A stretch of 64,000 nt of DNA from Anaerolineae bacterium (GTDB taxonomy: Bacteria > Chloroflexota > Anaerolineae > Aggregatilineales > UBA3940): assembly GCA_016926255.1 (NCBI GenBank), contig JAFGOY010000010.1, positions 119,007 through 183,006 of the forward strand, given 5' to 3'. The notes below the pieces were generated by a model that was not told where the DNA came from, did not search any database, and saw only the letters and a list, made by a program, of their open reading frames with translations. Made by a program: the position numbers and the translations under genes. Every line of letters begins with the position of its first letter. The first letter of the stretch is position 1. Shown in pieces: positions 11,483 to 20,082 of the stretch.

Positions 11483-11956
11483 TCATTCTTTGGTATCAAA
11501 CGGCCTCTCACCCGCCTCGACCATCGACTGCACCTCATCAAGCGCAGCTAGCACAGCAGCGCGTTCTGCCTCACTGATGTCCAATGCCTCAAACTCGTCC
11601 TCATCCAGAACCAGCATCTCCCTATCCGGGCGGACGAACATATCCAGCGCCAGGTCGTCGGCCTCAATGGTGCCGTTCCCGGTGATCGCCGGGCGCTGGA
11701 AGTTGCAGTACCAGCCTTTTAGTGAGTCGTCTCCCACCGTGTGAACCTCGGAGATGCTGTACCAGCGGTCGGTGTAGTGATACTCGACAAAGCGGTCGCC
11801 CTGCCGGAAGACGACATAGCCTAAATCCCGCTCACCCATATTGAACGGGGCCTCGATGACGAGGCTGTTCCCCCGGCGCTCCGTCACCATGCCCTCGTAT
11901 CGCCACACCTCTTTACCCTCGTGATCATTCTTGATCACCGTAATCGGTTCGCTCAT
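11483..11956 (-). CDS. DUF402 domain protein
   Basis: W/Y-rich beta region, GWYCNFQRPA, DDLALDMFV and LDEDEF motifs. Confidence 0.8.
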   Translation of the reverse strand: MSEPITVIKNDHEGKEVWRYEGMVTERRGNSLVIEAPFNMGERDLGYVVFRQGDRFVEYHYTDRWYSISEVHTVGDDSLKGWYCNFQRPAITGNGTIEADDLALDMFVRPDREMLVLDEDEFEALDISEAERAAVLAALDEVQSMVEAGERPFDTKE

Positions 11957-12000
11957 GAAATCCCTTTTTAATCCCTTCGCGTTCTCTGCAAACTTTGCGG

Positions 12001-12765
12001 TTAGACTGTTACCCCCAGCGCCTCTAACAGCTCCGCCATCTGACGCCCGAACGCGCCCCCGGCGATCATCCCCCGGCGGCGGGGCCGATCCAGTTCGACG
12101 GTCAGCGACTTGACCACCCGGCCCGGCCTCGCGCTCAACACGATCACCCGGTCGCCGAGATAGAGCGCCTCCTCGACGTCATGGGTGATGAAGATCACCG
12201 TCTGCCCGAACCGTCCCCAGACTTTAAGTAGCCAGTCCTGTAGATCGCGCCGGGTGAGCGCGTCGAGCGCCCCGAACGGCTCGTCGAGCAGTAGGATGTC
12301 CCGCTCGGTGAGGATCGTCCGCAGCAGCGCCGCCCGCTGACGCATCCCCCCGGAGAGCGCTGCCGGATACGAATCGGCGAACGCCTCCAACCCGAACATC
12401 GGCAGCATCGCCCGCGCTTTTTCCCGCGCTTCGTCGCGCGACATTCCGGCCAGTTCCAGCGGGATGATCGCGTTGTCGAGCGCCGAGCGCCAGGGCAGCA
12501 GCAGGTCGCGCTGTGGCATATAGCCGACCCTCCCGGCGCGGTTCGCGCAGACGTCACCGTCCAGGCAGATGTCCCCGCTGTCCGGGTCGAGCAGCCCGAC
12601 GATCAGGTTGAACAGCGTGCTTTTTCCGCTCCCCGACGGGCCGATCACGGTGACGAACTCGCCCTCCATCACCCTGAGCGACACGTCTGCCAGCGCCTGG
12701 ACGGTCGTCCCGTTGCCGTGAAAGGCTTTGCTGACCTGTTTCAGTTCGACTTTTGGTATCGTCAT
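12001..12765 (-). CDS. ABC transporter ATP-binding subunit (ThiZ/TauB-like)
   Basis: GPSGSGKST, LSGGMRQR, LLLDEPFGALD, FITHD. Confidence 0.92.
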   Translation of the reverse strand: MTIPKVELKQVSKAFHGNGTTVQALADVSLRVMEGEFVTVIGPSGSGKSTLFNLIVGLLDPDSGDICLDGDVCANRAGRVGYMPQRDLLLPWRSALDNAIIPLELAGMSRDEAREKARAMLPMFGLEAFADSYPAALSGGMRQRAALLRTILTERDILLLDEPFGALDALTRRDLQDWLLKVWGRFGQTVIFITHDVEEALYLGDRVIVLSARPGRVVKSLTVELDRPRRRGMIAGGAFGRQMAELLEALGVTV

Positions 12766-12770
12766 CGTGA

Positions 12771-13745
12771 TCAGGGCAGGAATTCGTTGGTGAAGGCGGC
12801 TTTGGCGTCGATCGATTCGCCGATGATCACGTTGTCGGCCATCCAGCCGATATAGCCTTCCCAGACGCTCAGCTTTTGCTCACCCCAGCGCGGCGCGTCG
12901 GCCTGATACTGCTGTGATATCCACGTCTGGCTGGCCCTGACGGTTTCGGAGTCGAGTTCCGGCACCGCTTCGAGCAGAATATCGGCGGCATTGTCGGGAT
13001 TCTCGATGGCGAACTCGTACCCGCGTGAGATGGCCCCCATGAACGCCGTGACAATCTCCGGCTGATTGGCGATCATATCCTCGTTGGCGATGATCACCGG
13101 CGTGTAGTAGTCGGGGATGCAGTCAAAGTGTTCGTTCATCATGACGATGTCAAGGTCGATCCCCTGCTGCTGGGCCTGGAATCCCTGCCAGCCGTAGAAA
13201 ATCCACGCCAGGTCGATCTGCTTCTCGTCAAGCAGCGCCAGCGGGTCGGCGTAGCCGGTATCGACGATCTCCAACTGATCATAGTCGCCGCCCGCGCAGG
13301 CCATCAGTTCGCGCAGGGTCGGCTCCTCGAAGGCGCTGCCGAACGATCCATAGCGCAGCCCCTCGAAATCTGCCGCGCTCGTCACATTGTCCTCGGCACG
13401 CGCCGCAAACCCCGACGTGTTGTGCTGGATGATCGCCGCGATGGAGACAATCGGCACGTCGTCGGCGCGGGCGAGTGTCACGTATTCCTGGAAGCTGATC
13501 CCGAAATCAGCCACGCCTGTCGCGACTGCCTGTTCGGCGTATACCTCGCCCGGCTCGATGATCTCGACCATCAATCCGGCGTCCTCGAAGTAGCCTTCGG
13601 CCTGTGCCACGTAGATGCCGGTGTGGTTGGTGTTCGGTACCCAGTCGAGCATCAGCGTAACCGCTTCCGGCGATTTCCCGCCGCAGGCTGATAGCATCAA
13701 CCCAATTAGTATAAATACCAGAATGGTAATCAGTGTTTTTTTCAT
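12771..13745 (-). CDS. ABC substrate-binding lipoprotein, NMT1/THI5 (ThiY-like) family
   Basis: Lipobox LSAC, LDWVPNTNHTGIYVA motif, YYTPV. Lies in the TPP-riboswitch operon. Confidence 0.9.
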   Translation of the reverse strand: MKKTLITILVFILIGLMLSACGGKSPEAVTLMLDWVPNTNHTGIYVAQAEGYFEDAGLMVEIIEPGEVYAEQAVATGVADFGISFQEYVTLARADDVPIVSIAAIIQHNTSGFAARAEDNVTSAADFEGLRYGSFGSAFEEPTLRELMACAGGDYDQLEIVDTGYADPLALLDEKQIDLAWIFYGWQGFQAQQQGIDLDIVMMNEHFDCIPDYYTPVIIANEDMIANQPEIVTAFMGAISRGYEFAIENPDNAADILLEAVPELDSETVRASQTWISQQYQADAPRWGEQKLSVWEGYIGWMADNVIIGESIDAKAAFTNEFLP

Positions 13746-13787
13746 GGTAAATCGTTCCTTATCCTTAATGCCTTTTCCTGTTACTTA

Positions 13788-13930
13788 CCGGGGCTCCGCC
13801 CCTGGAACCCCGCAAACTTTTGAAAAAGTTTGATCAAAACTTGTGTATCCATTTATTGGGCGCAGCCCGATAAATGTGTTGAAGGGTGCCGGGAGATCAT
13901 CTCCCGGCTGGGGTACGGGGCAAAGCCCCG
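13788..13930. repeat. ~140-bp multi-hairpin intergenic element, copy 1
   Basis: Reverse complement aligns with 37304-37445, sharing TTTTGATCAAACTTTTTCAAAAGTTTG, GGGGTTCCAGGGGC and ATTTATCGGGC blocks. Confidence 0.85.
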
Positions 13931-13938
13931 AAAAATCC

Positions 13939-14760
13939 CTAGAAAATCCCTGTCTCTTCCCACTGTTCTTTCCGCTGTGCCGAGTAATACCAGGGCAGCG
14001 CCAGCCGCTCGATCAGGTAAACGAGAACAAATAACCCGATGCTCAACACCGAGGTGATCAGCATGGCGAAGAAGACCTGATCGGTTGCCAGCGCGTTCTT
14101 CGAGCGCAGCATGTAGAGTCCAAGTCCCTGCGATCCGCCCACCCACTCGCCGATCGTCGCCCCGACCACGCTGTAGGTCACTGCGACGCGCAACCCGGAG
14201 AAAAAGGCGGGCAGCGCCGAAGGCAGCCGCACCATCCGCCAGACCTGCCCGCGTGATGCGCCCATCGAGCGCAGCAGTGCGATTAAATCCGGGTCGGAAG
14301 AGGCCAGCCCGTCGGCGGTGCTGACCGCCAGCGGGAAGAAGCAGATCAGCACGACGATGATCACTTTGGGCAGCAGCCCGAATCCGAACCAGATGATCAG
14401 CAGCGGGGCGATGGCGAGAATCTGCACCGTCTGCGAGGCAACCAGGATCGGGTAGAGCGCCCGCCGCAGAAACGGCGAAAGGTCCATTGCGGCGGCGATG
14501 AGGATTCCAAACGCCAGCGCGATCCCCAGCCCCAGCGCCGTTTCGATCATCGTGGTGAGGATCGCCTGTCCGAGGATTGCCCGCGTTTCCCACCCGGCGG
14601 CGATGACCTGTGCCGGGGTCGGCAGGATGAACGACGCCAGCCCGCTCTCGACCGCCGCCGCGTGCCACGTGAGGATCGCCAGCACGATCAGCAGCGCGGG
14701 CGGGAAGGCCTCTCTTAGCCAGCGCGGGGGCCTCGTTCGATGCTCTGTGCTGTCGCTCAC
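13939..14760 (-). CDS. ABC transporter permease (ThiX/TauC-like)
   Basis: ILPTPAQV, EAA-like loop LRSMGASRGQ..RMVRLPSALP, VVGATIGEW. Confidence 0.9.
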   Translation of the reverse strand: MSDSTEHRTRPPRWLREAFPPALLIVLAILTWHAAAVESGLASFILPTPAQVIAAGWETRAILGQAILTTMIETALGLGIALAFGILIAAAMDLSPFLRRALYPILVASQTVQILAIAPLLIIWFGFGLLPKVIIVVLICFFPLAVSTADGLASSDPDLIALLRSMGASRGQVWRMVRLPSALPAFFSGLRVAVTYSVVGATIGEWVGGSQGLGLYMLRSKNALATDQVFFAMLITSVLSIGLFVLVYLIERLALPWYYSAQRKEQWEETGIF

Positions 14761-15056
14761 TTCGCCTCCCGGTACTTCCCGACCTTCTCCTCGATGGTCG
14801 TACCGCCTGCCGCATCACCGATTTTGATGATCGTCACCACTTTGTCGGCCCCGGCCTCGAAGCAGGCCCGGTGCGCGGCTTTCGCCACCTCGATCAACTC
14901 GTCGAGCGGCCCTTCCATCACCGTTTCCATCGGGCAGACCTCGTATTTGACCCCGCTCTGCGCGATCACCTCGATGGCTTTGTCGACCACCGGGTACAGG
15001 TCTTCGACCAGCGGAAGCACCTGCACCGATACGTTCACTGTTCTGTGTTCATTCAT
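14757..15056 (-). CDS. Thiamine-binding protein (MTH1187/YkoF family)
   Basis: 99 aa, VSVQVLP...SGVKYEVCPMETVMEG motif. Overlaps the permease start. Confidence 0.85.
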   Translation of the reverse strand: MNEHRTVNVSVQVLPLVEDLYPVVDKAIEVIAQSGVKYEVCPMETVMEGPLDELIEVAKAAHRACFEAGADKVVTIIKIGDAAGGTTIEEKVGKYREAK

Positions 15057-15087
15057 GCTTTAGCACCTGTCCAATAATTGGTACACT

Positions 15088-15124
15088 ACCTATCCGAAGT
15101 TCGCGAAGCGAATTTTGGATAGGT
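15088..15124. repeat. Long intergenic palindrome inside the thiamine operon
   Basis: ACCTATCC-GAAG-TTCGC-GAA-GCGAA-TTTT-GGATAGGT. Confidence 0.6.
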
Positions 15125-15125
15125 T

Positions 15126-15782
15126 TCACGCCCTCCCCGGCGTATGCACCGCCAGCAGCAGCCCTTCTCGCAGATCGACCCGTGCCGTACGCTCTTCGAA
15201 AACGTTGCTCACCCCGCGCGCCGGGCCGAAAACCAGCGTCTCGCCGATCAGCGGATAGGCCAGCCGGTGCGTCGAGACGCCCTGCGCGTCACCGCCCAGC
15301 GGGATCAGGCTCAGCGTGTCGCCCGGCTCGCCGGTCAAATCCTGGCCCGGCGGACGCATCAGCCACGCCGTTTGGTCCCCCGCCCACATCTCGATAGGGG
15401 TTCCCGCCAGCCGGGGATGGCTCAACAGCATGATGTTGGCTATCGACATATCCAGCCGACCCCCCAGCGCGCCGAGAATCACAATCGACTCCGCGCCCTG
15501 ATCGATGGCATGGAGCAGCGCCAGTTCAAGGTCGGTTTCGTCTTTGTGGCGCGGTGATTGCCTGAAGATAACTCTCTGCGCTTCGAGCGTTTCGCGCAGC
15601 GAACCGGGGATCGAGTCCATGTCGCCGATCACCGCGTCGAGCGTCAGGCCGAGCGCCCCGGCGTGGACGCTGCCCCCGTCGGCGGCGATCACCGTCCCGA
15701 TATCAAGATCGGCCAGACGGCGAAGGATGATATCGGGGTCTGATAGCTGGCCGTTCGCCAGGATGATCGTTGTTTGTGGCAT
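15126..15782 (-). CDS. thiN: Thiamine diphosphokinase
   Basis: AADGGS, GDMDS, KDETDLELA, GALGGRLD, LAYPL, ARGVSN motifs. Confidence 0.92.
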   Translation of the reverse strand: MPQTTIILANGQLSDPDIILRRLADLDIGTVIAADGGSVHAGALGLTLDAVIGDMDSIPGSLRETLEAQRVIFRQSPRHKDETDLELALLHAIDQGAESIVILGALGGRLDMSIANIMLLSHPRLAGTPIEMWAGDQTAWLMRPPGQDLTGEPGDTLSLIPLGGDAQGVSTHRLAYPLIGETLVFGPARGVSNVFEERTARVDLREGLLLAVHTPGRA

Positions 15783-15810
15783 AAAAAAACACTCCCCGGC
15801 TGGGGAGTGT
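15783..15810 (-). terminator. Riboswitch expression-platform terminator
   Basis: Minus strand ACACTCCCC-AGCC-GGGGAGTGT followed by a T-run that abuts the thiN ATG. Confidence 0.85.
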
Positions 15811-15832
15811 GATGTTCGACACAGATGGCTTC

Positions 15833-15925
15833 AACTCCCTCCGCCGGTATTACCCGGATCAGGTTCAGGGGTCGATGCAGGATTATGCACCCTCTCAGCT
15901 TGCTTCACGCAGGCTCCCCCGTGAT
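15833..15925 (-). ncRNA. TPP riboswitch aptamer
   Basis: Minus strand GGGGAGCC...GCTGAGA...CCC-TGAACCTGATCCGGGTAATACCGGCGGAGGGAG matches the THI-box consensus. Upstream of thiamine genes. Confidence 0.95.
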
Positions 15926-16046
15926 GGGATATCATTTTGTCAATGTGAACAGACTATAGCGCGCCGATTTGTTTCCTGCCAGTATTGCCCCTGTGATCGT
16001 TCTGCGCCGGTTTCGGCCCGCCTCCAAACCGACTATAATTCAATCC

Positions 16047-17075
16047 ATGCTTGATTTCATTCGAGATGTCTGGCGATTCACGACCGGCAAACGCGATCAC
16101 CCCATCGTCGCCCACGAGATGGAGGGCTGGTCGTATCTGCGCATCTGGCGTTCCCTGCGCAAGGGCTGCCTCCCGCTGATCGCCCTGCTGGTGCTCGGAT
16201 CGGCTGGCTGCTGCGGTGTGGTCACTTTGCTGTCGAGCACCAGCGTCGACGAGTGGCCGCTGGTTGTCGGTGCAATGTTCGTCGGCCTCTACATCGGCGG
16301 CGAACTTGTCCGCTGGCTGGTCGGACTGCTCGCCACCGCCCTGACCGCCACCGTGCTCAGCGCCGAAGTCGAGGCGCAGACGGTTGGCCTGCTCCGCCTG
16401 ACACCCATCCCGATGCGGGAGATCGTCCTGGCGAAATACGGTGCGGCTGTCCGGCAGTTCAAAGTCCCGCTGATCGTCGTCGCCCTGACCCGCTTCCTGT
16501 TGATTACCGGATTATTACTGATAATTATGCTTGCGTTTGTCGTTGCACTGCCTGATATGTCTTCATCCGTCAGCTATGCGGCCCCGTTGTTCCCTGGCCT
16601 CTCTCTAACCGATGTTCTCTCCCTGGTGACCACTTCTCTGATTCCCTACCTGATCGCCGGCATCTTGATGCTGCTGGCTCTTTTCCTCTGGTTTCTCTAT
16701 TTCCTGTTTTCGCCGGTGCTGGAGATACTGCTGTTCGCGGCAGTCGGCCTGCTGGCCTCTGCCTGGGCGCGGACGCGGGCGAACGGATTGGTTGTCGGGG
16801 CCGGTTTGCGGATCGGGCTGTGGTCGATTAGCTATGTGTCCGGTCAGGTCGTCTCGACGATGTTTTCGTTTTTTACCTTCCCACTGATGGCCCTGTACAC
16901 CGCGCCGATTGGATTCGAGGAGCAGCTTGCCCGGATCAGCCCGGCTGTCCTGGCTACTGCCGGGGCGCTGCTGGCGAATGGATGGCTGTTGGCTGTGGTG
17001 CTGATCCGCATTGCCGTGGTCCTGGTGCTGCTCTTTCTGTCCACGAACCGGGCGTCACGAATACCGACCAAATAA
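16047..17075 (+). CDS. Hypothetical membrane protein (ABC-2 permease-like)
   Basis: HPIVAHE, SAEVE..T..LLRLTP....IVLAK motifs, many TM helices. ATG 16047 lies 7 nt after TATAAT, so probably leaderless. Confidence 0.7.
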   Translation: MLDFIRDVWRFTTGKRDHPIVAHEMEGWSYLRIWRSLRKGCLPLIALLVLGSAGCCGVVTLLSSTSVDEWPLVVGAMFVGLYIGGELVRWLVGLLATALTATVLSAEVEAQTVGLLRLTPIPMREIVLAKYGAAVRQFKVPLIVVALTRFLLITGLLLIIMLAFVVALPDMSSSVSYAAPLFPGLSLTDVLSLVTTSLIPYLIAGILMLLALFLWFLYFLFSPVLEILLFAAVGLLASAWARTRANGLVVGAGLRIGLWSISYVSGQVVSTMFSFFTFPLMALYTAPIGFEEQLARISPAVLATAGALLANGWLLAVVLIRIAVVLVLLFLSTNRASRIPTK

Positions 17076-17076
17076 C

Positions 17077-17107
17077 AAAAAAGGCACTGCCAGTCGGCTG
17101 TGCCTTT
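17077..17107 (-). terminator. Terminator between convergent genes (U-tract on the lgt strand)
   Basis: AAAGGCAC...GTGCCTTT stem with an A-run on its left side. Confidence 0.6.
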
Positions 17108-17136
17108 GAATGTTTTGATTGGGGTTCTATTCTGGC

Positions 17137-18195
17137 TTATTCTTCTTCAGCTTCGGCTGCTGCTGCCAGCGCAGCGGCTTCTTCTTCGGCCTTTATCCGG
17201 GCGCGTTCCTCACGCTGAAGGCGGCGCTCTTCGCGCTGGCGTTCACGCTCACGGGCGCGTTCTTGGCGATCACGTTCGCGCATCAGTTCCTCGTAGGCTT
17301 TTGCCCGCTGCTTCTGCGTCTGGGGCCGGGCAATCCCCGGTATCCTGAGATAGCCCATCCGGTCGAGCACGATGATAATGCCGATCACCACGTAGACCAT
17401 CGAAAGGATGCGTGAATAACTGAGTATTGCACCGCTTTCCAACTGGATGCCCGGCTGGTCGGGCCGCCACCACTCGATGATGAACCGCCCGATACCGGCC
17501 AGTACGAAGTAACAGCCGGTCAGGACACCGTGAATGAAACGCTCCTGGTAGCGGCGGAAGAGATAGTACAGCACGCCAAAACATAATAACAGCCAGAAGG
17601 CTTCATAGAGCATCGTCGGATGGAAACGCGTTTCGGCTGGCAGGTCTCTGAATTCCGCCATGCGGTAGGCCGCCGGGACGATCATCCCGAACCAGTCGGA
17701 GTTGGTCGGAGGGCCGTACAGTTCGATATTGATCAGGTTCCCAAACCGCCCGATCCCCTGCCCGACCAGCAGCCCCATCAACGCGCCATCGGTCAGCAGC
17801 CAGAAATTGACCTTCCGCACGATGGCAAAAACGATCATCGCAAGCATCCCGAAGATCGCGCCGCCGAAGATGTTCATTCCCCCCAGTCGGGGATTGAGGA
17901 TTTCCAGCGGACGGGAAAGCGAATAGTAGGTGCTTCCACTCATCGCTACCTGGGCGACATACCACAGCCGCGCGCCAAGCAGGGCCGGGATCAATATCCA
18001 GAGCAGGGCGTCCCAGACGAGGTCCGGGTCATCCCCTTCCGATTGCATGTGTTTGCTGGCATACAGTGCGCCCAGCGCGATGCCCAGCGCGGCCAGTATG
18101 CCGTACCAGTAGACCAGTTCGAGGGGTTCGCCCTTCCAGGGGATGCAGACAGCCACGCGCCGCTGTCCCATGCAGTCAAGCAGTTGTTGCCACAT
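17137..18195 (-). CDS. lgt: Prolipoprotein diacylglyceryl transferase
   Basis: YWYG, LGARLWYV, GGMNIFG, GQGIGRFGN..N.ELYG, HPTMLYE, RFIIEWWR. Confidence 0.95.
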   Translation of the reverse strand: MWQQLLDCMGQRRVAVCIPWKGEPLELVYWYGILAALGIALGALYASKHMQSEGDDPDLVWDALLWILIPALLGARLWYVAQVAMSGSTYYSLSRPLEILNPRLGGMNIFGGAIFGMLAMIVFAIVRKVNFWLLTDGALMGLLVGQGIGRFGNLINIELYGPPTNSDWFGMIVPAAYRMAEFRDLPAETRFHPTMLYEAFWLLLCFGVLYYLFRRYQERFIHGVLTGCYFVLAGIGRFIIEWWRPDQPGIQLESGAILSYSRILSMVYVVIGIIIVLDRMGYLRIPGIARPQTQKQRAKAYEELMRERDRQERARERERQREERRLQREERARIKAEEEAAALAAAAEAEEE

Positions 18196-18365
18196 AGTCG
18201 CTTCTGTCCTTCAAATGATGTTGTATTTTATGAATATGAGCGGGCGGACGGTCAGGGTAGTAAGCCACTGCACATAAACCGGGATGCAGTGTATGTACAC
18301 CTGAAGCCGCTCGGGCAAAGGGCGTCTTGACGTGTGTACAGCCGACGCTCAATGCGCCGCCTATT

Positions 18366-19940
18366 CTATTCGATATAGCCCAATCCCCGCAAGCGTTCTA
18401 ACAGTTCCGGGTTGTCGCTGTAGTCGATCTGCCCTCCGGGGGCGATGCCATCCCGGTGCGCCTCGGAGACGATCACATAGTCCTGGAGCTGCTTTTCGAG
18501 GCGGATAATGTCGTTCTCGTAGCCAAATGGGTTATCCAGCAGATTGACCGTTTCGGCAGGGTCCTTCCCTACGTCGAAGAACTCGTCCGGCTGCCCGCCG
18601 ACAGACATCAGCTTTTGATCGCCGACGTGGATCGATCGGCGCATTTTCCGTACCCGGTACTGTTCGATTGCTTCGGGGTTGGTCATCTCCATGACGTTGA
18701 TGAAGTTCTCCGGCGGGAACCCTTCGGCAACGACCACTTCGTCGGCGGGTTCTTTCTCCGGCCCTTCGACGCTGCGCGCCAGGCTGAGGTCGTGTACTTT
18801 GTGTCCGTAGGCTTCATGCTCCACCCCGGCGGCTTCCAGCACAGTGTGGAATACCCTCCGGTTCGAAACATTATGAGTCACGCGCTTCCCGGCGGGGAAC
18901 ATCTCCGGGTAATTGATCATCAATGGGACGTGAACCAGTTCGTTGTAGACGACGAAGGCATGGCCCATGAATTCATGTTCGCCGATGCTCTCGCCGTGAT
19001 CAGAGGTGACGATCACCATCGTGTCTTCCAGGTTGCCATAGCGTTTCAATGTGCGCAGCATACGCCGCAGGTGGCGATCCTGGTAGTTGACCTCCGCGTT
19101 GTACATATCGTTGAGTACGGTTTCCTGCAATTCGGTGAACGGCTCCAGCATTGGGGCCATCCAGCGGTAGCTCTGGGTATTGAACAGCCTCAAGAACTCG
19201 CGGGCTTCGCGGTCTTTCTTGAAATAAGGCACCCACCGGTCGACATAGTTGCTCGGCGGGAAGTAAGGCAGGTGTGTCTCCATCATGTTGATGAACATGA
19301 AGAACGGTTCATCGGTATGTGTGGTGAGATGATGGCGCAGGTAAAGGGAGATATCGTTGAGCGATTTTTTCGTATCGCCTTTAAAATTGAAGGTGCGCGA
19401 CCAGATCGGCACGATGACCGGCAGCGTTGCCAGCTTGAGCAGCAGGGGGGAGCGCCCGAACTGCTTCTCGATTGGCGCAGCGATCTTCTGCATCGCGTCG
19501 TTCGCCATTTTCTGAAGACGTTTCAGCGGCGGCATCTCGCCAAACTCCGGCATATCCGGGAAGGTGCCGCTGTAGTTATAGAACGCGTCGAAACCCCGCT
19601 TGAGTCCGTTGTCTAAAACGCTGACCAGCGGGTTGTTGCAGAAGCCAAGTGTCTTGTAGCCGTTCCTGCCCAGGATTTCCGCCAGGGAGGGAATCTGATC
19701 GGGCATTGCCGTATAGGATTGAACGGTCTGGTGAACGGTTGGGTAAAGCCCGGTGAACATCGAAGCGTGGGACGGGATCGTCCAGGGGGCGGTTGCGATC
19801 CCCTGTTCGAAAACGGTCGCCCCTTCGGAGAACTCGCCCAGGGCGGGGGTCGTGTCATGGCGATGCCCGTACATCGACATCCGGTCGGTGCGCTGGGTGT
19901 CCAGAACGAGCAGGATGATGTTTGGCTTCTTTTTCTTCAT
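18366..19940 (-). CDS. Sulfatase-like / alkaline-phosphatase-superfamily hydrolase or transferase (Thr nucleophile)
   Basis: PNIILLVLDTQR, WTIPSHASMFTG, ETHLPY, VTSDHGE..GEH...GH. Confidence 0.85.
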   Translation of the reverse strand: MKKKKPNIILLVLDTQRTDRMSMYGHRHDTTPALGEFSEGATVFEQGIATAPWTIPSHASMFTGLYPTVHQTVQSYTAMPDQIPSLAEILGRNGYKTLGFCNNPLVSVLDNGLKRGFDAFYNYSGTFPDMPEFGEMPPLKRLQKMANDAMQKIAAPIEKQFGRSPLLLKLATLPVIVPIWSRTFNFKGDTKKSLNDISLYLRHHLTTHTDEPFFMFINMMETHLPYFPPSNYVDRWVPYFKKDREAREFLRLFNTQSYRWMAPMLEPFTELQETVLNDMYNAEVNYQDRHLRRMLRTLKRYGNLEDTMVIVTSDHGESIGEHEFMGHAFVVYNELVHVPLMINYPEMFPAGKRVTHNVSNRRVFHTVLEAAGVEHEAYGHKVHDLSLARSVEGPEKEPADEVVVAEGFPPENFINVMEMTNPEAIEQYRVRKMRRSIHVGDQKLMSVGGQPDEFFDVGKDPAETVNLLDNPFGYENDIIRLEKQLQDYVIVSEAHRDGIAPGGQIDYSDNPELLERLRGLGYIE

Positions 19941-20082
19941 GGTTGCTGCCTTCGTACTTGATACGTTTCGACTGATTCTAGCGCAATGAATGGTGTTTGA
20001 CCATTACGGGCATTTTTCGATCTGGCCGGGTATGGCTTTACCTTCTTTAACCCTGAACTATCCCCCAGGGTGCTCCGATAGT

